From Candidatus Omnitrophota bacterium (GTDB taxonomy: Bacteria > Omnitrophota > Omnitrophia > Omnitrophales > Aquincolibacteriaceae): a DNA stretch of 64,000 bases. The position numbers and the translations under genes were made by a program. Shown piece after piece: positions 37,802 to 46,798 of the stretch (positions are counted from its first letter, which is position 1; each line of letters begins with the position of its first letter). The notes under the pieces are model-generated. The model was not told where the DNA came from. It saw only the letters and a list, made by a program, of their open reading frames with translations, and did no database searches. Location of the stretch: assembly GCA_016196545.1 (NCBI GenBank), contig JACPXM010000024.1, forward strand, positions 4,553 to 68,552. Reading direction: 5' to 3'.

Positions 37802-37875
37802 TGGAGCGGGATACGGGAATCGAACCCGTCTATTCAGCTTGGGAAGCTGACACATTACCACTATGTTAATCCCGC
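37802..37875 (-). tRNA. tRNA-Gly (anticodon CCC), CCA encoded
   Basis: Hand-folded: acceptor GCGGGAT/ATCCCGC, anticodon stem TCAGC/GCTGA with loop TTCCCAA, T arm ACGGG-TTCGATT-CCCGT, then T-CCA. Confidence 0.9.
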
Positions 37876-37922
37876 GTAAGTTCAGAGAATAGACGAACTT
37901 CTGTCTTCTATTTCTCTGAGTC

Positions 37923-38900
37923 TCAAAAACTGCTGATTTTTCGAAAAAGCTCAAGCCTTTCGTCAATATCCTTGCGTTTGATACGGCGCAAACTATCAAG
38001 GCCAAAATCCTCAACGGTGAAAGAGGCGACAACACTCCCATAGGCAATGGCCCGCTTTAAGGCCTCAAACTTTACCGATTTAGAGGCTGCCAAATACCCC
38101 ATCATCCCGCCCGCGAAAGTGTCCCCCGCCCCGGTGGGGTCAAAAACAGCCTCCAGGGGATAAGCGGGAAGGGCAAAAAAATGATGCTCCGAAAAAAGGA
38201 GCACCCCATGTTCTCCCTTTTTGATGACGACGTGGGCAGGCCCAAGCTCCCGGATTTTCTGTCCGGCCCGGACCAAATTGCTCTCTCCCGTAAATTCCCT
38301 CGCCTCTCCGTCATTCATCACCACGCAGTCGACGCGCGCCAAAACGTGAAGGAGTTCTTTCTTTTTTGTGTGAATCCAAAAATTCATCGTATCGCAAGCC
38401 ACGAAATCAGGACGCGGCTGTGCCAGCTGGTCCAAGATGGAGATTTGCAACTGGGGGTCAATATTGGCAAGAAATAAATAACGCGGACTTTGTTTAAAAT
38501 GGACTTTGGGATTGAAATCCTTTAAGACATTTAACTGCGTATCCAAAGTTTGGGCGGAGTTTAAATCCAAACCGTATTTGCCTTTCCAATAAAAGGTTTT
38601 GCCGGGCGTTGTTTCAAGATGCCCCAAATTAATCTTGCGCTCCTCCAGGATTTGGCGGTATTCGGCAGGAAAGTCATTGCCCACATTGGCCACAAGCGCC
38701 ACGGAATTAAAAAAGCTGGCCGCATAGGAAAAATAAGAAGCGGAACCGCCAAAAACGCGGTCCCTTTTGCCGAAGGGCGTTTCCACCGAATCGATGGCAA
38801 CGGTGCCAATCACAACCAGAGGCGCCGGCGTATCAATCGGAGTCGTTTTTTGTTTGCTCGTATTTTTCAAGGATTTGACGGAGGCACCGCGCGGCTTCAT
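37923..38900 (-). CDS. PfkB-family carbohydrate kinase
   Basis: Ribokinase-fold landmarks VVIGTVAIDS, GGSASY and C-terminal DPTGAGDTFAGG. The ORF track starts at a TTG at 38939. The ATG at 38900 has an AAGGA Shine-Dalgarno about 7 nt upstream and still overlaps the thiE 3' end by 68 nt. Confidence 0.75.
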   Translation of the reverse strand: MKPRGASVKSLKNTSKQKTTPIDTPAPLVVIGTVAIDSVETPFGKRDRVFGGSASYFSYAASFFNSVALVANVGNDFPAEYRQILEERKINLGHLETTPGKTFYWKGKYGLDLNSAQTLDTQLNVLKDFNPKVHFKQSPRYLFLANIDPQLQISILDQLAQPRPDFVACDTMNFWIHTKKKELLHVLARVDCVVMNDGEAREFTGESNLVRAGQKIRELGPAHVVIKKGEHGVLLFSEHHFFALPAYPLEAVFDPTGAGDTFAGGMMGYLAASKSVKFEALKRAIAYGSVVASFTVEDFGLDSLRRIKRKDIDERLELFRKISSF

Positions 38901-39507
38901 AACTATCCTTTTGATGGAAGAGGGCCCGAACCACGGCAACCCTTTCAGCGCCGGCGTCCAAGACCTGATTTAGATTTTGAGAATCAATTCCGCCGATGAC
39001 GACTATCGGTTTCCCGACTTTCTCATGGACTTGCGAAATCAGATTCAATCCAATTGGTTTGTAATGACTCTTTGTCGGGGTAGAAAATATCGGTCCAAGA
39101 CCCAGATAATCCACATCTTCCCGGCTTGTCTTTAGCGCTTGCTCCAGGCTATGCGTCGATTTGCCTAAAAACCGAATCACGGCACCGGTGCGGGCGAGCG
39201 TCCTCCTCACCACTGAAACCGGAAAATCGTCCTGACCGACATGAAGGCCGTCGGCTCCGGTGGCTAGAGCCAAATCCAATCGGTCATTTACGAAATAAAG
39301 TTTCTTTTGTTTTGCCGCGATTTTTTTTACCTTCAGCCCCAGCCGAAAAAGCGCCCCGTCCATGAATCCCTTGGAGCGGAGTTGCACAATATCGGCACCG
39401 CCGCGGTAGACGTCCTCAATTTTTTTAAGGATCGAATCGTCCGACTCTTTTAAATCGGTGACAGCATACAATCTAAAATTTTTGAAAACTTTGTCTTTCC
39501 AGTTCAT
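38833..39507 (-). CDS. thiE: Thiamine-phosphate synthase
   Basis: LYAVTD, IVQLRSK, INDRLDLALATGADGLHVGQDD, GPIFSTPTK and VVIGGI motifs. Confidence 0.85.
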   Translation of the reverse strand: MNWKDKVFKNFRLYAVTDLKESDDSILKKIEDVYRGGADIVQLRSKGFMDGALFRLGLKVKKIAAKQKKLYFVNDRLDLALATGADGLHVGQDDFPVSVVRRTLARTGAVIRFLGKSTHSLEQALKTSREDVDYLGLGPIFSTPTKSHYKPIGLNLISQVHEKVGKPIVVIGGIDSQNLNQVLDAGAERVAVVRALFHQKDSYEAARCLRQILEKYEQTKNDSD

Positions 39508-39910
39508 AAACGCGAAACCTCAGGGCCTCCAATCTCGAAGAAGCCTTTGGCATGAGGACCTTCGATAATTCCTCGAGCACGCGTAGGGCCTCTTCGGCCC
39601 TTTTGAGATTGGCGGCCATAATTTGCTTCCAATCGGCCTTGGATAAATCCCGAATCGCATGGGCGCGGCCGACATCGCGAATCGAATCCCGGGACAAAAC
39701 CAGCCTTCGATAAGGAAGCGGTCCCCGCAAAACAATTTGCGACAAATCATGCCGGCATTTTTTAAAGGCCAAGCTCAGGGATTTTTGATTCAAAAGAAAG
39801 CGCGAAAAATCCTCGGCGACGCGAAGGGCTTCTTTGGCCCGGTTGAAATTTGCGTCAAATATTCTTAAGTAGGGATTTTTCATCGAACGCCTGCCGCTTG
39901 AGCCTGCCAT
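39473..39910 (-). CDS. ThiE-associated N-terminal-domain-like protein (stand-alone)
   Basis: The 145-aa helical protein starts LRIFDANFNRAKEALRVAEDFSRF and has a repeated ...NLKRAEEALRVLEE... segment. From memory, this resembles the N-terminal extension of long (cyanobacterial-type) ThiE proteins. It overlaps thiE by 35 nt in another frame. Confidence 0.4.
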   Translation of the reverse strand: MAGSSGRRSMKNPYLRIFDANFNRAKEALRVAEDFSRFLLNQKSLSLAFKKCRHDLSQIVLRGPLPYRRLVLSRDSIRDVGRAHAIRDLSKADWKQIMAANLKRAEEALRVLEELSKVLMPKASSRLEALRFRVYELERQSFQKF

Positions 39911-39912
39911 CG

Positions 39913-40398
39913 TTAGGGTTTCGTATTTAGCATCTCAATCATTCTTGTACTAGAACGTCCTGAAACGAGCGGAATCCTCAGGACTCTCCCACCCCAAGAT
40001 TCCACATCGGCTGCTCCGGCGATTTCCCTCTTTTTCCAGTCAGCGCCCTTGACTAAAATGTCCGGCCTCAATTCCTGAATGACTTCAAGCGGGGTGGGCT
40101 CCTCAAAAAGCGTCACGTAATCCACGCATCCCAGCGCGGCCAAAACCCGCAGCCTGTCCTTTTCGGGATTCAAAGGGCGCTGGGGGCTTTTATAAGTTTT
40201 TACGGAGCGGTCACTATTGACGCCGATCACCAGAATATCTCCCGCGGACTTGGCCTTTTCTAAATACGTCACGTGGCCAAGGTGCAAAATATCAAAAGTT
40301 CCATTCGTGAACACAACCTTTTTTCCGCTCTTTTTCAAGAGCCGCAGAAGCGATTTTAATCGGGGAAGGGATTGGATTTTCTTAGCCGAAGAGGCCAT
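39913..40398 (-). CDS. hldC: D-glycero-beta-D-manno-heptose-1-phosphate adenylyltransferase (RfaE domain II type)
   Basis: Cytidylyltransferase fold motif VVFTNGTFDILHLGHVTYL plus VIGVNSD. The ORF track starts at 40503, well inside gmhA. The internal Met at 40398 leaves a 17-nt overlap. Confidence 0.8.
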   Translation of the reverse strand: MASSAKKIQSLPRLKSLLRLLKKSGKKVVFTNGTFDILHLGHVTYLEKAKSAGDILVIGVNSDRSVKTYKSPQRPLNPEKDRLRVLAALGCVDYVTLFEEPTPLEVIQELRPDILVKGADWKKREIAGAADVESWGGRVLRIPLVSGRSSTRMIEMLNTKP

Positions 40399-40957
40399 CT
40401 TCGACCACTTCCGAGAGGGCGTGCAAGGCCGCAATGTGGACTTCCTGAACATGCGGTGTTTTAACGGACTGCGCTTTAAAGCAAAGATCCACCTTCGAGC
40501 CAAGAGAGCCGCCGGTGCCCCCCGTAAAACCCACCGTAACCATGCCCTGCCGGCGTGCCTGGTCCACCGCCTTCAAAACATTTTTTGAATTTCCGCTCGT
40601 GGAAATAGCGATTAGCACGTCTCCCTTATTTCCCAATCCTTCCACTTGGCGGCTAAATACGTCTTCAAATCCGTAATCGTTTCCAATGGCCGTAAGGATG
40701 GAGGTGTCGGTGGTAAGCGCAATCGCGGGAAGGCTGCGCCGTTCGCGCTTGAAACGGGCAATGAACTCCGCGGCAATGTGCTGGGCATCGGCCGCGCTAC
40801 CGCCGTTTCCGCAAAGCAAAAGCTTCAGGCCGTCTTTAAAGGCCCTCAGAATTTCTTTGGAGATTTTATCCAAAATCTGGAGATTTTCGCCCTGAAAACT
40901 CTTTTCGATTGCTGCTAAATGTTCCTGTGCTACTGATTCAAAACTCTTCGTCATCAT
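40382..40957 (-). CDS. gmhA: Phosphoheptose isomerase (SIS domain)
   Basis: LLCGNGGSAADAQHIAAEF, LTTDTSILTAIGNDYGFE and ISTSGNS motifs. Confidence 0.85.
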   Translation of the reverse strand: MMTKSFESVAQEHLAAIEKSFQGENLQILDKISKEILRAFKDGLKLLLCGNGGSAADAQHIAAEFIARFKRERRSLPAIALTTDTSILTAIGNDYGFEDVFSRQVEGLGNKGDVLIAISTSGNSKNVLKAVDQARRQGMVTVGFTGGTGGSLGSKVDLCFKAQSVKTPHVQEVHIAALHALSEVVEDGLFG

Positions 40958-40962
40958 ATCGA

Positions 40963-41994
40963 TTATCCGAAAAATACCTGGGCCATTTGGTAATAATCAA
41001 GCGGTACCGTTTTAAGACTTCCAACCGCTTCCTGGAGCGGAACCGCGACAATATTGCGTCCCTGCAAACTCACCATAAAACCGTACCTTTCTTGTTTGAC
41101 CAGCTCAATGGCCTGGACCCCAAACCGTGTTCCCAGAATTCGATCAAAGGCCGTCGGAGACCCCCCTCGCTGAATGTGACCCAACACCGTCACACGAGTT
41201 TCATAACCCGTTTTCTGCTCAATCATTTCGCTGATGGTTTGTCCAATTCCACCCAGACGGATATGCCCAAACGCATCGAGCTTTTGGTCCATCGTAACTT
41301 CCTTGTCTTTTAATTTCGCACCCTCTGCAACCGCCACAATACTGAAGGTACGGCCACGCGCATGGCGCTTTTTGATCAGCTCGCAAACCTTATCCAGATC
41401 AATCTCCACTTCCGGAATTAAAATCACATCGGCCCCTCCCGCCAGACCCGCCTCAAGCGCAATCCAACCCGCATGCCGACCCATAATTTCCACCACCATC
41501 ACCCGATTGTGGGACTCCGCGGTCGTGTGGAGGCGGTCAATGCATTCCATGGCAATGTTGAGTGCAGTATCGTAACCAAACGTATAGTCGGTGGCGTTTA
41601 AATCATTATCAATCGTTTTAGGCACCCCCACGATTTTCAACCCTTCTTGAGCGAGTTTGTTGGCAGCCCCCAAAGTGTCCTCTCCTCCCACCGTGATGAG
41701 GGCTTTAAGCTCATGCTTGGCAATATTACTTTTTACTTTTTCAAGGTCTCCCGGCTTTTTATAAGGATTCGTGCGGGAAGTTCCGAGAATCGTACCTCCT
41801 TTGGGAAGAATTCCGGAAACGGACTGATGGTCCAGAATAATGAATTCATCGTCAATCACACCTTTCCAGCCATTGCGAAAACCGAGCACCTGCCAACCTT
41901 CCACGGCGGATCGCTTCACCACGGCACGCAGGACCGGATTAAGTCCCGGACAATCGCCTCCGCCCGTTAAAATACCGATTCTTTGCATGGACAT
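40963..41994 (-). CDS. 6-phosphofructokinase, probably PPi-dependent
   Basis: IGILTGGGDCPGLN, GGEDTLG, PKTIDNDL and MGRHAGW motifs. Asp in GGxDT and Lys in PKTIDND are the residues associated with PPi rather than ATP use in PFK family A. Confidence 0.8.
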   Translation of the reverse strand: MSMQRIGILTGGGDCPGLNPVLRAVVKRSAVEGWQVLGFRNGWKGVIDDEFIILDHQSVSGILPKGGTILGTSRTNPYKKPGDLEKVKSNIAKHELKALITVGGEDTLGAANKLAQEGLKIVGVPKTIDNDLNATDYTFGYDTALNIAMECIDRLHTTAESHNRVMVVEIMGRHAGWIALEAGLAGGADVILIPEVEIDLDKVCELIKKRHARGRTFSIVAVAEGAKLKDKEVTMDQKLDAFGHIRLGGIGQTISEMIEQKTGYETRVTVLGHIQRGGSPTAFDRILGTRFGVQAIELVKQERYGFMVSLQGRNIVAVPLQEAVGSLKTVPLDYYQMAQVFFG

Positions 41995-42015
41995 TCCTCC
42001 CTCAATAGAATTTTA

Positions 42016-42588
42016 TTAGAGCGTTACGGCCTGCTTTTCATCACTCGGAGAAACAAATTCATGATCTTCGATTTTTTGAACATCGCAAATCACTTGCAAT
42101 TTGTTATCCTCCCCCAGTAATTTTTTGAGGCGCTGATACAACTCCGCTTGCACCTCATTTAAGAGTTCTTGCACATTGCTGCCTGCCCAAAGCGTTAATC
42201 GAACCCTCATTTCCACGTCTTTACCGTCAATCAGGGTTTTAATCTTCCAATCCTTTACGAGATGAATTCGCTTAAGCACTTTTTTAGCCACGTCTTCCAT
42301 GGCAATAACCGAAACTACGACGGGCCCAATTTCACTGTGAAAAATCAAGGCCTCCGCATCGCGGCCCTTTTTGACCAGCAATTTTGTAAAGGCAAGCCCC
42401 ACCGTGATAAAGAGAAGGCCTAAGAGGCCGGTTTGCATGGATTGCATGGGACTCTCATAAAGTTCACGAATCTTGATAAGTAAATCTTCCAAACTGACAA
42501 GGTGAATGGAAACAATGATCAAAAGACTCCCCAAAGTCAAGTAGGCGAAAATGGTAAAAATTTGAGCAAAAACATTAAACACTTTCAT
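42016..42588 (-). CDS. Membrane-anchored hypothetical protein (AmaP/Asp23-anchor-like?)
   Basis: 190 aa with two N-terminal TM helices and a soluble C-terminal domain. It lies immediately downstream of accC. The family suggestion is weak. Confidence 0.3.
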   Translation of the reverse strand: MKVFNVFAQIFTIFAYLTLGSLLIIVSIHLVSLEDLLIKIRELYESPMQSMQTGLLGLLFITVGLAFTKLLVKKGRDAEALIFHSEIGPVVVSVIAMEDVAKKVLKRIHLVKDWKIKTLIDGKDVEMRVRLTLWAGSNVQELLNEVQAELYQRLKKLLGEDNKLQVICDVQKIEDHEFVSPSDEKQAVTL

Positions 42589-42597
42589 GACGATAAA

Positions 42598-43977
42598 TTA
42601 TCCCGCCTTTTTTTCCTCTTGGATTTCCACTTTCTCTGTCAGAAAATGGGCATCAATAAAGTTTGTGGACACACCGCCCTGTCGGAAACGGGGTCGGTTC
42701 AAAATTTTTTCATGCAGCGAAACCGTTGTTTTAATCGGACCGATGATTGTCTCCTTAAGGGCCCTTAGCATAATGGCGATGGTTTCATTGCGGTCTTTGC
42801 CGTAACTGATGAATTTTGCGATCATGGAATCATAATAAGGGGGAATTGAATAGCCCGCAAAGGCGTGTGAATCGACACGAATATGGGGCCCTCCCGGAAC
42901 GATCCACGTATCAATTTTCCCTGGAGACGGCATAAATTGATTGTCAGGATCTTCCGCATTGATGCGACATTCCATTGCGTGACCTTTCAACTGAATTCGG
43001 TCCTGGGAAAAACTTAATTTTTCGCCCATTGCTATGAGGATTTGTTCTTTCACCAAATCGATCCCAGTGACCATTTCCGTCACCGGATGTTCCACCTGAA
43101 GGCGCGTGTTCATTTCCATGAAATAAAAATTGTTGTCTTGATCCACCAAAAACTCAATGGTTCCAAGATTTTCGTACTTAAACGCCTTGGCCGCCCGAAC
43201 GGCCACCTCTCCGATTTTTCTCCTTAATTTGACATCAAATCCAGGTGCCGGGGATTCCTCAATTAACTTCTGATGCCGACGCTGAACGGAACAATCGCGC
43301 TCTCCCAAATGGATGATATTTCCCCGGCCGTCTGCCGCAATTTGCACTTCAATGTGACGCGGCTCTTTTAAGTATTTTTCAATATAAACTTCTCGGTTCC
43401 CAAACGCAGCCTCAGCTTCTGCTTGTGCCGTCAGAAAAGCGCTTATTAATTTCCCGTCATTATGGGCCACCTTAATCCCCTTCCCTCCTCCTCCCGCAAC
43501 AGCCTTGCAAACGACAGGATAACCGTATTTTTTTGCAAGCCGCAGCGCATCTTCTTGATTTTTGACCGTCCCCTTACTTCCGGGAATTGTGGGCACTCCG
43601 ATTTTCTGCATTTCTGTGCGCGCCACGGACTTGTCCCCGGCCAGACGGATACTTTCAGGTTTGGGTCCAATGAATTTAATCTGACAAGATTCACAAATTT
43701 CCGCAAAATGCGCATTTTCCGCTAAAAATCCGTAGCCTGGATGAATAGCCTCCACGTCCGCAATTTCAGCCGCCGAGATAAGGGCAGGAATATTGAGATA
43801 ACTTTCCGATGAAGGCGCTTCTCCGATGCATATCGCCTCATCGGCGATTTTCACATGCAAAGAATCCCTGTCTGCCTTGGAGAAAACTCCGACGGTCTTG
43901 ATTCCAAGTTCCCGGCAGGCTCGAATAATGCGAACTGCGACTTCACCGCGATTCGCAATTAAAATTTTGCTAAACAC
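42598..43977 (-). CDS. accC: Acetyl-CoA carboxylase biotin carboxylase subunit
   Basis: [21 protein letters not shown]-grasp motifs GGGGKGI and [14 protein letters not shown], 459 aa. Confidence 0.95.
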   Translation of the reverse strand: MFSKILIANRGEVAVRIIRACRELGIKTVGVFSKADRDSLHVKIADEAICIGEAPSSESYLNIPALISAAEIADVEAIHPGYGFLAENAHFAEICESCQIKFIGPKPESIRLAGDKSVARTEMQKIGVPTIPGSKGTVKNQEDALRLAKKYGYPVVCKAVAGGGGKGIKVAHNDGKLISAFLTAQAEAEAAFGNREVYIEKYLKEPRHIEVQIAADGRGNIIHLGERDCSVQRRHQKLIEESPAPGFDVKLRRKIGEVAVRAAKAFKYENLGTIEFLVDQDNNFYFMEMNTRLQVEHPVTEMVTGIDLVKEQILIAMGEKLSFSQDRIQLKGHAMECRINAEDPDNQFMPSPGKIDTWIVPGGPHIRVDSHAFAGYSIPPYYDSMIAKFISYGKDRNETIAIMLRALKETIIGPIKTTVSLHEKILNRPRFRQGGVSTNFIDAHFLTEKVEIQEEKKAG

Positions 43978-44451
43978 TTAACTCCTATGAATCTTAAAGA
44001 GGGTCTGGTCGAATTCCACGGGTTGTCCATTTTTGACAAGGACCTCAGCGAGCGTTCCGGACGTTTCCGCCTTGATCTCATTCATGAGCTTCATGGCCTC
44101 AATGATGCACAAGACATCGCCTTCTTTAACCTTTTTCCCCACACTTACATAAGGAGGTTGATCGGGAGCCGGTGAGGCGTAAAAGGTCCCCACCATGGGA
44201 GATTTTACATAAACCATATCATCCGAAGTTTGCTTAGACGGGCCCCCTTCGCTGGTAGGCTTTAACTCTTTGACAGGCACAGAAGGCGCTTGGAAAGATG
44301 CCATAGACATGCCTCCAAACTCCGGAGCCGTGACTTTATTCGAGCCGCCTTTGACAAGTTTAATCTTCATGCCATCTTTTTCTACCTCGATTTCAGACAA
44401 ATCATGGTCTGCCATCAACTGAAGAATTTCTTTTATCTCTTTAATATTCAT
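43978..44451 (-). CDS. accB: Biotin carboxyl carrier protein
   Basis: C-terminal biotinyl domain with CIIEAMKLMNEI (biotinylated Lys in the AMK motif). The stop abuts the accC start. Confidence 0.9.
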   Translation of the reverse strand: MNIKEIKEILQLMADHDLSEIEVEKDGMKIKLVKGGSNKVTAPEFGGMSMASFQAPSVPVKELKPTSEGGPSKQTSDDMVYVKSPMVGTFYASPAPDQPPYVSVGKKVKEGDVLCIIEAMKLMNEIKAETSGTLAEVLVKNGQPVEFDQTLFKIHRS

Positions 44452-44581
44452 GCGCCCTCATATGAGCTTGAATGGGAATAATCAGGATCTAACCGAGCTA
44501 AAATACTAATCTTAAAGCAAACAATATGTCAACTAATGTTTGAAATGAGATTTGTGGAGTGATATCCCATAATTTACTTCT

Positions 44582-45046
44582 TTATAAGTCTTTGATGGAG
44601 GAATAGATGGCATTTAGCCCCAAAATATAACTCATCATCCCAAATCCAGCAACTTGACCTATGCAAGCGGCCGCCGTTAAGGAATGCTGCCTAAATTCTT
44701 CGCGCTTGTAAATATTCGATAAATGAACTTCTACGGCAGGTAAATTTGCCGCAAGCAGGGCATCACGAATTGCAACGCTCGTGTGCGTATAAGCGGCTGG
44801 GTTAATCAAAATACCGTCAAAGGCCTTCCCCTGAGCCGCTTTTCCAATTAAATCCACAATTTGCCCCTCATGATTGGATTGGGAAATTTTAAGCAAAACT
44901 CCGATCCTTTTCGCTTCCGCATTGAGAGAGCGGTTGATGTCGGCAATGGTAACCTTCCCGTAAATGGAAATTTCGCGCTTTCCTAAAAGATTAAGATTGG
45001 GTCCGTGAAGGACCAAAATTCTTATGTGTTTTAAGCGAGTCTTCAT
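44582..45046 (-). CDS. aroQ: 3-dehydroquinate dehydratase, type II
   Basis: [34 protein letters not shown] and VEVHLSNI motifs. The start was moved from the ORF-track 45169 to the Met at 45046, because the upstream part is a different small gene in another frame. Confidence 0.85.
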   Translation of the reverse strand: MKTRLKHIRILVLHGPNLNLLGKREISIYGKVTIADINRSLNAEAKRIGVLLKISQSNHEGQIVDLIGKAAQGKAFDGILINPAAYTHTSVAIRDALLAANLPAVEVHLSNIYKREEFRQHSLTAAACIGQVAGFGMMSYILGLNAIYSSIKDL

Positions 45047-45213
45047 GCGGGTTTTTCCGCCTCTTCGATAAGCATGACAGGAATGCCCTCCCGAATGGGG
45101 TACTTCAATCCGCATGGGGCAGAGACGCAAACAATTTTTTCTCCCACAAGCTTCACCCGGGATTTGCATTTCGGGCAGGCTAAAATATCCAGCAACTCTT
45201 CATCCAATTTCAT
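45043..45213 (-). CDS. Trm112/YcaR-like (UPF0434) small zinc-ribbon protein
   Basis: 56-aa ORF absent from the ORF track, found by hand translation: [56 protein letters not shown]. The LLxILACPxC...YPIRxGIPVML pattern matches the YcaR/Trm112p-like family. It has ATGA overlaps with both neighbours. Confidence 0.65.
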   Translation of the reverse strand: MKLDEELLDILACPKCKSRVKLVGEKIVCVSAPCGLKYPIREGIPVMLIEEAEKPA

Positions 45214-46193
45214 TGAAGGGCCTCCATTTCATGAATCAATTTTTTCTTTAATCCTCCGCGAAGGGCAAATATCAATCCCGCCGCAAAACTATAGCCATAC
45301 AGCAAAAGATCCAAAAGAAGGGATAAGGCAAAGGCCCGTTCGGAAGCCATATGCTTGCTAAAAAAATACACGACGCCTGCCTCCCGAACCCCCAATCCTC
45401 CAACCGAGGGTGCCATACTCACAACCGCCAATAAGGGAATCAAAATAAAAAACAACCAAATGGAAATATCCACCCCGAGGCTTAACGCAAGCCAATAATG
45501 TGCGGTGATAAACATAACTTGACTGATGAAGGAAGTAAGGATGCATAGGGCAAGCACGGTCTTATGATTTCTATAATTATGAATCATGTGATACAAATCG
45601 GAGAGACGGTCTCTCCACTTCTGAGACGGGATCAGTACTTTCAAAAATTTAAAATGTCGCGCAACTCGCTTGCTGGCAAAAAATAACATCGTGGCAACCA
45701 TCAGAAAAAGAGAGGCAAAGACCCAATGAATGATACCGGTATCGACCAACTGCGTTGAGAAAAACAGCGTTACGGTGATCGCCATCAAAATTAAGGCCAC
45801 AAATCCCATCAAACGGTCAAAAATAACGGACGTCGTGGATTCCATCTTCTTTCCCGTGTGTTTGTACGCAAAGTAGGCCTTGGCAACGTCGCCTCCAACG
45901 GCAGAAGGAAAAAAGAGATTGAAAAAAAGACCGATAAAATGAAGGTAGGCCGCTTCTTTCAGGCTCATGATTATTTTTTGAACCTTGAAGACAAGTTGAA
46001 GCCGAATGGCCTGAATGAAAATGGCAGCGCCATAAATCACGACCGCCAGAAAAAACCACGGCCATGCCACCTCCGTTTGAATAATGAGGAGGGTTTCAGA
46101 AAGTTTGTCGCGCAAAAAAAAGACAATGATCCCAAGCGCTCCAAAGCTGATGGCCAACCGTAAAGCAAAACTTGCAGCGGGATGGTTTTTCAT
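45210..46193 (-). CDS. Lysylphosphatidylglycerol-synthase-TM-region-like (UPF0104, flippase-like) membrane protein
   Basis: 327 aa with about 8 TM helices. The PSAVGGDVAKAYF and APSVGGLGVREAG motifs are characteristic of the LPG_synthase_TM family. Confidence 0.6.
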   Translation of the reverse strand: MKNHPAASFALRLAISFGALGIIVFFLRDKLSETLLIIQTEVAWPWFFLAVVIYGAAIFIQAIRLQLVFKVQKIIMSLKEAAYLHFIGLFFNLFFPSAVGGDVAKAYFAYKHTGKKMESTTSVIFDRLMGFVALILMAITVTLFFSTQLVDTGIIHWVFASLFLMVATMLFFASKRVARHFKFLKVLIPSQKWRDRLSDLYHMIHNYRNHKTVLALCILTSFISQVMFITAHYWLALSLGVDISIWLFFILIPLLAVVSMAPSVGGLGVREAGVVYFFSKHMASERAFALSLLLDLLLYGYSFAAGLIFALRGGLKKKLIHEMEALQ

Positions 46194-46597
46194 GATTTTG
46201 AAACGAATTTCATTTGGAGCTCAGGAAGAATGGTTTCCAGCAAATGATGCTCTTCGGAAGACAAATTGCCTTGGGTTTTTTCTTTGAGGCTAGCAAGGAG
46301 ATCGATCACCTCTCGGGCAGCGTCCAAATCCACCTGGGCTTGTCCCATTCCTCCGGGATCCACTTCCCCCAAATGCATAAGGGCTTGGTAGCCCAGGGAG
46401 CTCACCAGTTGCATAAAGGCTTTGGAGGTCGCTTTTGTTGTTCCTCCAGGGACTTCGGATTCCATTTTTTCCGGTGAACGAGACGGGGAAGCTAGCCGAG
46501 CCGTGGAGGCAGGGGTCCCCTTATCCTTTTCGATGGATTCCTTCCAGTTCTCATCCACTTTCTTTTGTGTGAATCGAATATCTTTGGCTTCGCTCAT
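46190..46597 (-). CDS. DUF1844 domain protein
   Basis: The C-terminal half, FMQLVSSLGYQALMHLGEV...IDLLASLKEKTQGNLSSEEHHLLETILPELQMKFV, matches my recollection of the DUF1844 pattern. Confidence 0.6.
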   Translation of the reverse strand: MSEAKDIRFTQKKVDENWKESIEKDKGTPASTARLASPSRSPEKMESEVPGGTTKATSKAFMQLVSSLGYQALMHLGEVDPGGMGQAQVDLDAAREVIDLLASLKEKTQGNLSSEEHHLLETILPELQMKFVSKS

Positions 46598-46627
46598 GGG
46601 TGCCCTATGCTATCACGCCTATTTGAC

Positions 46628-46679
46628 AAAAAAAAGAGGTTCTTGGCCTAGTGGGGATGCATGTTGGCCAAGAACCTCT
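46628..46679 (-). terminator. Rho-independent terminator downstream of the STAS-PilZ gene pair
   Basis: A perfect 14-bp inverted repeat (46635-46648 agaggttcttggcc and 46666-46679 ggccaagaacctct) has a 17-nt loop. On the minus strand it is followed by a run of T (plus-strand A-run 46628-46635). It lies about 120 nt after the stop at 46799. Confidence 0.8.
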
Positions 46680-46798
46680 GCAGGTGAGAAGAGACTGAAG
46701 AGTCTCTAAAGTGAGATTACATATATCAAATTCAGGCCGGACTGTCAATGATTTTGTGTTACAAAATCTGTGAGAAAATCAGGCCCGGGGATTCCTAC

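Noticed and set aside
37748-38047. 99-aa ORF from the track on the minus strand
   Set aside because: It runs straight through tRNA-Gly(CCC) (37802-37875) and into the 3' end of the PfkB kinase gene. It has no coding-like features, so it is spurious.
37923-38900. The PfkB kinase as the missing heptose-7-phosphate kinase (HldA) partner of gmhA/hldC
   Set aside because: It lacks the HldA/RfaE-domain-I N-terminal pattern (..GD..LD.Y..G...R.SPEAPVPV..). It resembles generic ribokinase-family sugar kinases and is separated from hldC by the thiE genes.
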